DNA of 64,000 nt. Source: Klebsormidium nitens. Its lineage: Eukaryota; Plantae; Klebsormidiophyceae. Of the stretch, positions 50,001 to 62,143 are shown one piece after another; positions within the stretch are counted from its first letter, which is position 1; each line of letters opens with the position of its first letter. A model generated the notes under the pieces. That model worked only from the letters and a program-made list of their open reading frames with translations, had not been told where the DNA came from and did not search any database. The DNA lies in contig DF236965.1 in NCBI GenBank assembly GCA_000708835.1, positions 186,001 to 250,000 on the forward strand, given 5' to 3'. Both the position numbers and the translations under genes were made by a program.

Positions 50001-53000
50001 ACTGCTTACCTTGGTTTCATAAGCGCCCAGGATCCCCAGCACCATCTGCTCGACCTCTTCTTGCGGGTGCTTGATGTAGCGGCTGTCCTTCTCATCTTCC
50101 TTGTAGTAGGACGGAAACTTAGCTGCCAACGCCTTCGCCTTCTGCCCATTCGCGCCCTGCTCCTCCAGCTGGTTCGGCAGGTCGTTCGCCTGCATGATGC
50201 AATCGTGGGAATCTTCTTGGCGAAAAGTGTAGCTTGTCAAGCATGTTCAAAAAGGGATGCATTGAAACTTGTGCAAGAATCACCAGCATCCTGCAGCGTG
50301 TGTAGATTGTCGCTTGTGGGCCACGAGTATCTTGAGGCGAGACCTGTAGGTTGTCAAGCATGTTCAGAATACAAGATAAATGATCGAGACTTTCGAAAAA
50401 ATCGCGACTGTCATGCTGTGTGTGTAGATTGCCGCCCGCGCGTGCCAATCACGAGGATCTTATGGCGAGAACGGTGGGTTGTCAGGATTGTTCAGTAATG
50501 CCAAGAAATCGATTGGGACTGGTGAAAAGCAACCGTCCTGCAGTGTGTGTACGTCGAAATTGGGCATAACGGGCATGCCTTCGTGTTTCGAAAACGTTAA
50601 GGAGGATGGGAACCCGGTATCGATGTGAACCACAGCGCCAGGTCGTCAAAAGAAGGTGCGCGAAGAATAAGGAAACATCAGCAGCAGAAACCGCAGGCCA
50701 ACGACGAAAACGTACGCCACAAACGCAACAGTTTGGGCCGTGGGCCTTCGACTAGGTGGCACAATCTTGTCTAGCCTAGCTTCGTTTTTTGCACGTTGAA
50801 TCGTGTTTGCAAGAAATCGCAAGGATGGCAACACAAGTTGAGGTCTTGGGGCAGCAATCTGCACTGGATGCGGGCGTGCAGCCCCTGTTGAGAATGTGCT
50901 CGACCACTTTCCCTTTTCAAATGGTGCTGAAAGTGGGCTTTCAGACCTTGCTGGCTAAAGGATAATATACGTCCACAAATTGATGGGGTTTGAGTTCGCT
51001 GATGCATTCCTAGAAGACGCAAACGTGCCTCACAAGAAAAACCTGACTTCCACCCGCATAAACTTCGCCGCTGAACCGATGATGGCTCACCTTTGCAAAC
51101 CTGCCGCTGTAGATGGCCAGCCACAACCGCCAGAAGTTGGGCACGTGCTTCACGATGACCGCCGTCAGCCGTCGGATCTGCCGTCCCATAAGTGCGTCCG
51201 CCTCTTCCCCAGCCGCTTCCGATACCCGCAGATCTTCCTGGTATCCGTTTTCGGAACCGAGGAGGAGCGTGAGGTCCACCTGAGACTGCAACGGAAGAGA
51301 AGTCTTTGTTTTAGCATTCATTCCCTCGTACCTGTTTATGCCTAGTCACTTCCACGCCCTCTCCTTTCGACCCACTTTCAAGGAGAGGTTGTGTTTAGGC
51401 AGCTTCGGGTTCACAGAGCGAGCGAGCAGCGAAACATGTAAGCTGTTCCCTGGTCCTGAATTCTTGCAGCGTCGATCTGCAGCGTAGAACCGAGCACGAA
51501 TGGGTAATCCCCTGTCTGAGAGCAAACCCTTTGCTTGTCGTCAAACTAAACTCTTTCGCTTTACCAGTATGTTCCACAATGATGAAGACCCCTGGTCGTC
51601 ATGTCTAAACAGTGCCATCTGAAGTATCAAAGGGCGCTCACCCCTTTAGTCTGGTCCTTTTGCAGCTGCTGCCAGCGCGCCTCCGCCTGCACCTTCTCCC
51701 TGACCCGCTCCACGAATGCCTCCATTCGGGCGTCGTGCTCCGCCGCTACGCTCTCCAGCTCGTCACCAATGCGCTTCTCCTGAACAGACAGATACAGCCA
51801 GAATGAGCAGAGCTTCACGGTACACATCACATGAACAAGAGAATGACAGCTGTCGCTTCTATCCTCGATTCACCAGTTTCGCAGACTTTAGGAGCAAATG
51901 CTCATAGTGGCCTGCATCTGGAGAAAGTGCCAGGCCGTCTTGCTGCTGACATCATCTTCGGTATCGACTTGATCGTCCTCTCCAACAGGTACTCGACACA
52001 GCTCCCTAAGAGAGCTCAACGTAACATGCTCTTCATTTTCAGCCCCAGTCTTTGAGACACTCAGCTCAATCCCCATCTCCCAAAACTTTCAGACCTTCAC
52101 TGAGGATCGAGCAGCCACCCGCTACAGCACCATCAACCTCACAGCACAACGCACACCACCCATGCTATGAAACTGTGAGGGCTAGCCCAAGTAGCGAAAC
52201 AAGAGACTTTGATCAGCGCAGCTGGTGGCTCCATCCTGATTGATCGGTTGAAACAAAGTCGAGTCTTCAAAGACGAAGATGAACGACGAAAGTTGGGCCC
52301 AACCTCAAACGCACTGCTCGCAAATGAGCGCCCACCTGCGTTTGCAGGTAGTGCCAGATGGGATCGCTGTTGGGCTCCAGCTCGAGCAGCAGCTTGATGG
52401 TGCGCTCCACCTCGGAGGGCTGCGCGCTTGGGCTCTCCAGCGACTTAGTCAGCATGCCCTTGAATTCAGCCACCACTTTATCCACCTCCTCCAGCACGTT
52501 CTGCAGAATGCCAGCCTGCACGGAGAACAAATGACGTCAGCAGCGACGTCTTCGAACGTCTTCCGGCCGGGTGGACGTCTCCCAGTCAAAGTGTCCAGGA
52601 GAGAGACGACACAGTCTCTGCAGGATGCTAGCCGGCACGAGCAACAACGGAGACGTCAGCCACGAGCTGATCGGCTTCAAAAAACGTATCTGACAGGAAT
52701 CAATAGGAATGGTTCCATTTTTTTAGATGCCAGCCTGCGTGAGGACGAATGAGACGTCAGTGCTGACGAAATAGCAATTTTTCCAAGAGCGGAAAAGGCT
52801 GTTCCAGTTGGGGCGTCGGGAGGACGGGCCAGCACAGACTTCCCCAGGACGTTCTGCAGGTATGCTTCCAAACAGACGGGACGTCAGCATGGGCTTGACC
52901 GGTCTTCCGAACGAAAAGCAGAGAAGATTTTTTAAACTGCAGGTTCTGGCCTGCGCGGGGCATGGAGGAGACGTCAGCGGTGAGCTCGCTGTTCTTCGAA

Positions 53001-56000
53001 ACATTTTTCCGGGTTGGGGTTTCTCGACAAGGACACTGCACGTCTGGTCTCTTTCGTAGAATTATTCACCAGCAGAATATAGCCTCCTTCCAGATTCGAA
53101 GTGCCTCGAGACTCCAAAACGCATCAAAAGCTCCAAGTCCTCGTGGATTGAAACGGAGAGGCTCACTTTGCTTGGCATGATGAGGCTCTTGGCCTTCTTG
53201 TACTCGCGCACCACCAAGTCATACTCCTTGTTCTTGATATGCGTGCGAATCGCGCTTGGCAGATTGAAAAGCGTCCGGAACCGCTGCAGGACGCCCTGGA
53301 CGGAACGGATCCTTTCCGCCTGAGCCTGCACGCAACAAAGAAGCGAGAATTGGCGCAAGCCACTTGGGTTCATATGGGTAACCCCAATATGAAACAAAAG
53401 CAGCGCCTCGAGACAGGTTAGAAGGACCTCGACTTGCAGGACGAAGTCTGTGTAGATAATCAAGTTTCCTTAGCACAACTCAAAGCAGACAACGTAGGAA
53501 CAATCTTCGCACTTTCCTATCCTACCGAATCTGCTTCAGCCGAGTTGGAGACGAAGTGACATAGTCACAAGCAGTGCCATTGAGTAATCTCTACAGTCCT
53601 TTCATCGAGCTTGGGTGGGTGTGAGACACCCGTTTCGAGCCTCCTTACGGGGATGCGCCGCTTACCTGCCGTTCTAGGAGAGGCTTGAACGCCCTCTTCG
53701 CGACTTCGTCGACACCCTCTATGGCCTGGCTCAACTGCAGCGTGCCAGCGCCCTCTCGGTCCGACTCAATTTGCTGCAGCTTCGAATGAATATCTGCGGC
53801 ACAGAACAGGTGGATAAGAGGGGACCTAACACAGGTCTCGTTGGGACCAGCGGCTGCCAAACCTACAGGACAAACTCGACTCTTGCCCTCGCAAGGATGG
53901 CGTACGACTCGAAAACGCCAAGAGGAGACTACGCTAACTGACCTGCGAGGCGAAATGTTGAAGTTTTTTGGGAGTCATCGTAGACAGAATGACACTCCTA
54001 AGCTTAGATCCATAATCTCTCAGACGCACAAACCAGAGTCACGTTATCGCCTCACCGTCGATGGTGTTCTTGCAGCTGATGAAGCAGTCGAAGTTGTCCT
54101 TGACGAGTTTCTTGAGCTGCTCCTTGCGGTTTTGTAGGTCCGCCTTGAGCGCGCGCTCCCCCAGCTCCAGCTCGTTCGCGGGCGTCTCGCGGTGGAAGCG
54201 CGCCAGGTACAGCTGCGGGTCGAACTTCTCGCTGAACACCAGCATCTTCTCTGCAGGCGGAGCAAGAAACCTTATGGGATGAGTCTGGCCGAACCGGACT
54301 TCCTGTGCGTGTTTCCAATCGCACTTTCCAAGGGATGCGGAGAAATCGAATGCTGGTAGGTACAGCTTCGACCGGACTTCTCGCTGTACACAAGCGGCTA
54401 CTTTGCGGGCCAAAACCGGCAGAAACGAAAATCAGATGCGAGTAAGCCGGATAAGGTTCCAAGCTTACGTGCACTCCGCCTCAAGGGAACTACTTTGGTC
54501 AGTTGATAGCAGTTAAGAGAGTTTAATACTCCAGACAAAAGTTCGGGAACTTTGGCTGCGTGACAACCATTCATCACGGAATCAAGATGTCGAGCTGTCG
54601 AACATCAGTCTTTCAACTCGCACCTGTATGCACGTGGTATGCAATTGAGTCTGGTGATAACACGCTTCCCAGTACTGATTTTTCGGATTTCCTGGGAGCC
54701 TTCAACGGTTCGAAATTTAGGTATGGTTGGCAATCAAACTCTTTCGCCAACCCGCAGCGACTTCGGTGGCCACCAAGGCAAGCGAACAAGACCAACAAAT
54801 CAAGGGGCAGCAAAGACGCCAGCAAATAAAAGGCTTTCACCCCTGGAGCAACTCAGAACCTGGTGTGCGATGTGCCCTTAACTCCAAAATTCCACACTGA
54901 ACCCAGAGAAGCGGCATCAAGCAAGCGTACCATAATGCAGCATATCGTCCTACTTTTCGAAGTAGGGTCGTCATTGACTAGTCAAAATATCACAAGTCGT
55001 TTTTCAATCAACTGTTCCGAAGTTTCTCTGAGCATCGGTGAAAGACCAACCAGCCACACGCAAGGCTCAGTACGTGCTGGTAAAGTCTTTGCTCGGCACC
55101 CACCTTTGTCTGCAGGATCCAGAGGCCCCGCTGGCGAGGGCGGTGCACTGCTGAAGTCATCCTGGCCAAACGACGTCTCCCGAGAGCCAAGCCTGTTCGT
55201 CGCCCCTCGCCTCCTGCTGCTCTCCGACGCTGAGGGCGACGCTGACGCGCTCACCCCCGCTCGCGCCAGAGTCATGGTCTTTAGACTGATGTTGCTGCAA
55301 GAGCAAGAAGAGAGCAAAAGATCAACAACAAAGCGCACCTAGTGCTTCAACACCTGAACGCAGCGAAGGCGGTTTTGCGAGGGCCATCAGCTACCTTCCG
55401 ACCTTCTTCGCCACCTTTTGGACAGATATGCAACAGTACCCTGGTAACTCCGCACTTGGCCAATCGACCCACGCAAAGCTTGTATGAGGGACCGACGTCC
55501 TTTCTGCAGTGGAACCTGTTAAGGCTCGAGGTAGAAGTCCTTTGCTCCTATGACAAAATGAAACCGGAATCACTACCTACTTACGAGACCATAACTACAA
55601 GAATTGCAGTGACATAAGTAATGGAGAGTGGCCTCATCATTATGGTGAAAACTCGATGTTTCTTTTGCCATGACATGTGAAGCCGTGGGGGACTTGTGAC
55701 ATTTTAACTTCTCCTGCATACGTCAGCACTAGCTGGAGGAATGTTTGATTGACCAAGGCTTTGAATGTTCGGTCATGTTTGATTGACCAAGGCTTTAGGC
55801 AGCCACTGGTTTCCTCACCCTAGCCCCAGCGGATCTTGCAGAGTGTCCATCCGCTCCGTGTCGATGGTGGACGCCCGCCTCAGCGTCCGGCTGGCGACAT
55901 TCTCGGCATGGGCCGCTCGGTTCACGGACCGCACGTTCAGCGCGCGGTCAGACAGCTGTACCAACGGAGGGCACAGGTTTTTCAGACTCCATCTGCGACC

Positions 56001-57416
56001 ACTCTGATCTTACAAGATGCATTTTGCCGTTCTAGATCAAGCTCTCAATGTAGCATATATCAGGGAATCATAATTCGTCAGCCTCCTTGTATTAGTTCTC
56101 CATGTGTGTGTCAAAGTTTCCTCTATAATTTAAGCTCGGCAAAGTAGAGCCTCCAATCAGATCAGGGAGCACAGGAAAGGCACTCAGCAACTGGTTGAGA
56201 TCTCGAATGCTTCCCGGCGTCCACCGCATATTATGTATGGACTGTCAGGCAGGCCCTCAGGCTGGCCCTGCTTGCTGCCACAGTCGAAGGACTCAGCACT
56301 TGAGAAGTAGTTACCTGTTCAGTATCGACTTGCTTCCATGTTGTGGCATCGTCTTCGTCGTCCAGTTCAGCATCTAAGTCTTGGAAATCAGATGCTTCAT
56401 TCTGCCTGGATACTCCCACCAGTGGCCTTTGGCCCCCCGGAGGAGCCACCGGTTCATAGCCCTGCGGTTGAAACTCAAAAATTCTCAGCACGTGCAGAGC
56501 ACTTCTGTCGTTTTGCCCTGTTTTTGCCTCTCCAGTCCTAGTCTCATTCTTCCCAAGCTGATCCGCATCGGTGATGCAAGCGCAGCTCTGCTTCATACTC
56601 TATGAGGCAAGGCTTCAAGACTTTGCCAGATCTCGACGTAAGAAGCAAACCGAAAACCAAAGAGGGGAAGCAGGACAAGAAAGACCAATCGTGCATGTAT
56701 TGAAGTAGGTTCCCACATATTGAAGTCTTGAAAAGAAACCCTAAAATGCCCCAAGCGATGACAGCAGCTAACCGAAACCAAATGCAACCGTGGGGGAAGG
56801 ACCCAGTCCTTATCTATATAGGGTCTTCCTCACATTGTGATTCTTGCTGTAACTCGCGCCCTTATAAACACAAGACTTCAATCACCAATCACACATTGCT
56901 CAAGCACCATCATACTGGCAGCCAGTGAAAAATGTAACTCGCAGAAAGCAAACCAGCAAAGTACCACCCCACCTCTTCGCTTGAAATGCTCAGCATTTCC
57001 ACATCGGACTCCTCATCATCGTCCCGTTGCGGGGGCGACGGGGGGGGAGGAGCGACAGCTCGCGAAGGTGCACGAGAGGCCCCCCTGCCGGGAACCATGG
57101 ATGACCCCCACGACTTTATCTTCTGCACGACGGGGCTCGAGACTTGCTGCCTTTGCTCCCGAGCAGCTTGAGCAGCGGGCGCCTTGACGAGCGGGGGGGC
57201 AGCAGGGGTGGGGGAAGGGCCCCGGCTTGGGATCGGGGATGCTTGCACAGGTGCAGGGGCTACCGAAGCGGCCCTAACAGGGGCGGCCTGCGATGGGGGG
57301 GTCACAGGGCGGACCTGCGGCTTTGGAGGGGAGGGCGCTTGATAGCCCCTTTCCTTCGCCTCCATCTCAGCAACGGCCTGGGCGAGAAGGTCGTCTTCAT
57401 CGTCGCTGGATGCCAT
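44082..57416 (-). CDS. SEC5: Exocyst complex component SEC5 (EXOC2), multi-exon
   Basis: Start MASSDDEDDLLAQA at 57416. Exons encode DPLGLG, FSEKFDPQLYLARFH...LKKLVKDNFDCFISCKNTIDDIHSKL, RFRTLFNLPSAIR...EYDLVVREYKKAKS, LLLELEPNSDPIWHYL, HVPNFWRLWLAIYSGRFAK, RTLDANGYAQLMLE and a final exon ELKRTRINVICF with a Ser/Pro-rich tail to the stop at 44082. Confidence 0.94.
48301..48519. repeat. ~88-bp dispersed direct duplication in a SEC5 intron
   Basis: agtcgtcgact...atgcaccacaa...tcggctc...agcac.aatcggagccaagt occurs at about 48301-48388 and 48432-48519. Confidence 0.75.
52495..52980 (-). repeat. Degenerate ~90-130 bp periodic repeat of a SEC5 3' splice-site region (real site plus 4 copies)
   Basis: GACGTCAG (plus strand) occurs at 52533, 52652, 52753, 52880 and 52970. 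Each copy is flanked by variants of ctgcagaatgccagcctgca. Confidence 0.75.
55741..55796. repeat. 22-bp direct repeat in a SEC5 intron
   Basis: atgtttgattgaccaaggcttt occurs at 55741 and 55775. Confidence 0.85.
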
Positions 57417-58487
57417 GGCTGCCGACGGACGGTCGGTGCTTCACTTTCAACTTGCTGGATGGGACTCTCCACCGGCTAGGAGCAGGTCCACAGCTTGCGT
57501 GGCGTTGTGCGCCGAGGGCCAAGCCCCCTTTCAATCAGCAGGCAATCCACAATGACATGCATTTGCAAGCTTCGTCCGGGGAGCAGATCGTGGAACCGAA
57601 CCTACTGCCTATATTATTATTATTCATGCAATGCAATGCCCATACAATCTGATGCAATGGCAAAACTTACTACCGTAATACTGGATATGTGGGTACTTAT
57701 ATGCCGATGTTTGCCTGCGTATGATTATACAACATGAAGCTGCTCTACAGCTGACACTGTGAGTGTCAATTTGCATGCATGCACGCGCTCCCTGGTGCGC
57801 GCTCTCGGGGGGGTGTAGCAAGACGCGGGCTGGCAATATAAGAAGCCCCATGCAACGATCGAGGAAGATTAAAACCACATGTGCATGCAATTTAGCGTCC
57901 AGGAACCTATATATTTCAAGCTCTTATGTACGCAGAGCAGGACCCTTTTGACTTGCTAATACCGTAATATGTCCTGGCGCACCTGTGCCAAACTCTGACA
58001 TTGCAGTGTTGGAACTCGAAGAGGGTGGACAGGGGACCTGGGGAGCAAAGCGGAGGGAAGCAAAAGGACAGGAGACCAGAGTTGCTGCAACAAGGGGCGT
58101 TTAGCGCACAGCTTAGGAGGCGTCTAAGGGCTACCCGCAGACCATCTGAGGCTTGTCAGGCCGTGTATGCAGAAAGAAAACGGGTGGTGCAGGTGGGCTA
58201 GTGTCTGCAAATTGATTGCAGAGTTGGGGTGCTCTTGCGGCCTTTCGTAGGGTTATTTTTTGGCCTACAAGCATTGTGCATTGGGCCGTTTACGGGTTTG
58301 CAAGAGCGTAAAAACTGAGGGGACGATTGCCAAGTGATTGAGATCTGCAGGGAAACCCTGCAGACGGTGCTGCACTATCACACTCGTTGCACGACAACTT
58401 TAAGCTGGCTTTGTGAGCTTGAAGAGTTTGTGAGGCTGGTGCTATTTCTGCACTTCAAAGCAGCGGTGATTAATCAGGCCCGCCATC

Positions 58488-60330
58488 ATGAAGTTGGTTA
58501 GGTGAGTCTCCCTGCGATCGTCTTTGCAGATATGTTTTTGAACAAGCCGAATTCGTGGTCAGAAATGTGCGATTGCCTGCATGGTTGCATCAAAAGACGG
58601 AGTTTGGTAAGGGGCCCACCTCAAAGATAAGAATGGGATGATTGTCTTTGCTTCAATTCAGCCAGTAAGATTCATTTCAATCCAGTCTGGCCTGGTGATC
58701 AGTTACTATCCAGTCAGCTTGCGCTTATCAAGCTCTCATGTAGGTGACAACTGAATTGTTGGTAAAGGTGGAACCAAATTCAATTTTGGTACTTTGGGCA
58801 AGTTGACAAACCACTGTTGGAAGCTTCAATTTTGACTACATTGAGGACGAAGTTTACTTCTTCAAAAGACATTTCAGGCATACCACCCTCCTTTCGGTGC
58901 TTGCATCACGACAGGGACGCATTGTGCCTGGTTAATACCCCTTCATTTACAGACACCTGAGTGCCGAGAGGTGTTTAGCTGGGTCTTATAAGATTGTTGA
59001 AAGTGCCCTGACCACTGACGATTAATCGTGCTCCACGTTTAATGCTACTTTTCAGGCTGCTTTTTAAGGGATTCTCTGCTTGGCGGAGATTTTACCTGCA
59101 AAAGCTGGTTCTAAAGCATGGAGAAAAACACCTCGGTGCAGGTTCCTCTAATCAGTGGGTCTGACTGAGCGGCTTAATAGGTCTATTGAGCAGCTAATGC
59201 AGTTACTATTCATCGAGGTCGGAATCAATGTCTCATGTGCTTCCCTTATGCATCTATGCAGATTTCTTATGAAGTTGCACAATGAAACGGTCAATATAGA
59301 GCTGAAGAATGGGACTGTGGTAACCGGGACGATCACAGGCAAGTGTCATCACTTGTCTATAGTTATGCACTCTGCTGGACAAATTTTCGCTTTAGTAAGG
59401 GACTCCGTATGGTTTTGCAAGCACAGGTTTTCCTTCAGACGTCTATGATAGGTTTCTCACTCGGCATGAAGTAACCTGTAAAGCGTAGGATCTTATGCGT
59501 GCGTGTCTTCTCTACTTCGTTACAAAAGCAGCTGGTTGCAATTGCACTGACATCCAGTTTTCATCTGCTGAACTCAAAACCCGAGATAACCTTTGAGCAT
59601 TCAACACGAACTGGCGCAAAGCAGAGCGAATCGGATTCTTGGGCGTTTCAACTTCCTCCAATGAATGTGAGGCCACTGAATGCTTGTCAGGATATGGGTG
59701 CTGTGAAGTGGCAAGACGACTCGCAGCTCTGACATTTTCATAAGCCCCTGTGTGTTTGCAGGGGTAGACATCAGCATGAATACGCATTTAAAAACGGTAA
59801 AACTGACCCTGAAAAACAAGAACCCAGTTACGCTGGAGCATCTGAGCATTCGGGGCAACAGCATCCGATACTACATTCTGCCGGACAGCCTGAATCTGGA
59901 CACGCTCCTAGTCGAGGATGCCCCACGGACCAGGGCGAAAAAGCCCACCGCGGGTAAGAGCTGCCGCTCAGCTTGGTTTCTATTCAGTCTGTTAAGAGAC
60001 TGCTTGGTGGCCGTTTCAAGGTCGCCTTGCATGCAACTATTGCAAAGACCTGGGTGCTTTTTGAATTGTTACTGTCGTTGGTTATGACGCACCTGCTGTC
60101 TCAAAGTGAATGACAGCAGAGCGGACGCTACTTGTGCCCAAACGGAGGACCTTGTGAATGCTCAGATGTCCTTCGTTTTTCCAAAGTCGCGGTTGGATTG
60201 CTCTTACTTTGTAATCTGGTTCCGATACTCCCAAAACACTTTTTTGGTTCTTGTTACAGGGGGCCCGATGGGGCGTGGCAGGGGCCGTGGTCGGGGACGT
60301 GGAAGAGGCCGGGGGCGAGGAGGACGATGA
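58488..60330 (+). CDS. SmD1: Small nuclear ribonucleoprotein Sm D1
   Basis: Exons 58488-58501, 59262-59338, 59762-59953 and 60260-60330 give [41 protein letters not shown]...[26 protein letters not shown]... with a GR-dipeptide tail. Confidence 0.97.
59339..59761 (+). other. GC-AG intron in SmD1
   Basis: ACAG|GCAAGT...TTTGCAG|GGGTAGAC restores TITGVDISMN. Confidence 0.85.
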
Positions 60331-62143
60331 TAGCTCTGCGTTTTGTGCTTGGCGAGCGGCTCAGCGCCGTCAGCCGCAGTGTTCTTTCTTGTATTTGACT
60401 TATGACGGAAACACCGGAAGGTTTTGAGCGGTCTTGATTCTTTGCCGCATGTTGTTGCTCATCTGCACTTTTGTCTCATCTCTTGGTGCTTGGGTTCGTT
60501 CTTTCCCCTTGTAGAGGGCTACTGGTGTAGAATTTCAGGACATGCATTTGTGTGTGTCAAAGTAGCGTACATGCCTAGAATTGTGCTAGTGCATGGCTGA
60601 GATGCGGCATGGACTTCTTGCTTTCCTATCGTTTAACCACAACCCGTCTATGATGCAAAAAGCAAGGTCGGATGGGCTTGATCATGACACATGTTGCGAG
60701 TCCCATCCTGCGACGTACAATCCTGCGAAATGAGCAGCATGTGCTACAGCTATGCGTGCAGTCTGTCACCAGAGGCAAAAGGCTGACATAAAGCTCAATG
60801 ACCAGCTGGACTTGATTGGATCGACTGTGGTATATGCGTCGACGCTTATACCTATTGACGCGGCTGTCTCAGTCACTGTCGCTTAGAGCTGGCATGTAAC
60901 CTATACTATTACAGAAATCAATGACCATCATTGAATGCCAGTCATGCAGGGGGGGATCCAATTCACATGTAAACTAATATTATCAAGGATTACTCAGGAC
61001 AAAGATATAATTGCAATTTCAATCCTAAAGAATTACATGGTTCATGTAAGCTCAAGAACGTGTAGAAGCCCTCCGTCGCATGCACTGAGCTTGGCAGTCC
61101 GGACTATCATAGTACCGGTAGACATGCTGCAACCTGCCTGTGTATTAAGCCTATAGTACCGCTGCTACGATAAGTGCAAATTTGCTTAATTGTTTGCGCG
61201 GCTGCCGCCAGCGACTCTCTTTAAACCGTCTGATCGACCTGCATTTCCCATTGAACCAAGTTCCGTCATTGTGGCATCATGTGAGCAAATTTTACCGCGT
61301 TGACTTAAATTTCAATGCGTTGACTCATCAAAGTGAAAGATGTCGGATCGTCGGTTCTTAAATCAAGTAGATACAATTCGGCACGGGCTCTGATGAAGAC
61401 CTAGATCATGCATCATGAGTCTCGATTTACATAGGCGTGTTTCCGGCTGATTCGACAACACGCAACCTTAGCTCTTATTAAGCAGCTTATAACGCACTTA
61501 ACATTGAGTTTTGTGCAAACGCTAAACTTCGGACCGATGTCTACATGGTCGACCCACGAACAAAATCTTGGTAAACCTCGTTAGCATGCATCCACTCCAG
61601 TCGCGCACTGCCAGTCGTAAAACAAACCGGGAAGATCCTGTGGAAGGAACATGCCTTAACCGCTGAAGTAAGCTGGACATAGTCTTGAAAGTATGCACTC
61701 GAGCGTGTGTCTACAGGCTAAACACAGTATGCAAGGGTTTGCGCCTAGGAGTAATCAAAGCAACCCCCAATGCAGAATAACGCCTCATTCTATGACCTAT
61801 ACCTGATCTCTTCGCTTCTTTTGAGCTGCCTTCTTCAAAGGTGGAGAAATGGGCACCGGTAGTCCTCCTCGCGTTTTGTCAACCGGACTCACAAACGTGG
61901 GTGGGGGTTTGGTGCCGTTGCGCCGCGGCGAGCAATAGGAGACTGGGAGCAGAAACTGAGGCTCCCCACATCCCCAACCACTACTTAAGCATTGGGTCTA
62001 GACGAAAGCGCGAGCTAACCCGACAAAGCCACCTAGCACACCAAGGAGCGGGTGCTTTCGTCCCTATCTTCTGAACGCCTTGGAGCCAGTGCCCACGGGG
62101 CCCACTCCTCCTGTCTCACTGAGCAAGTGTACAGCGCGCCTGT

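Noticed and set aside
56736-56746. AAACCCTAAAA as interstitial telomere
   Set aside because: A single unit only, compatible with chance or a telo-box.
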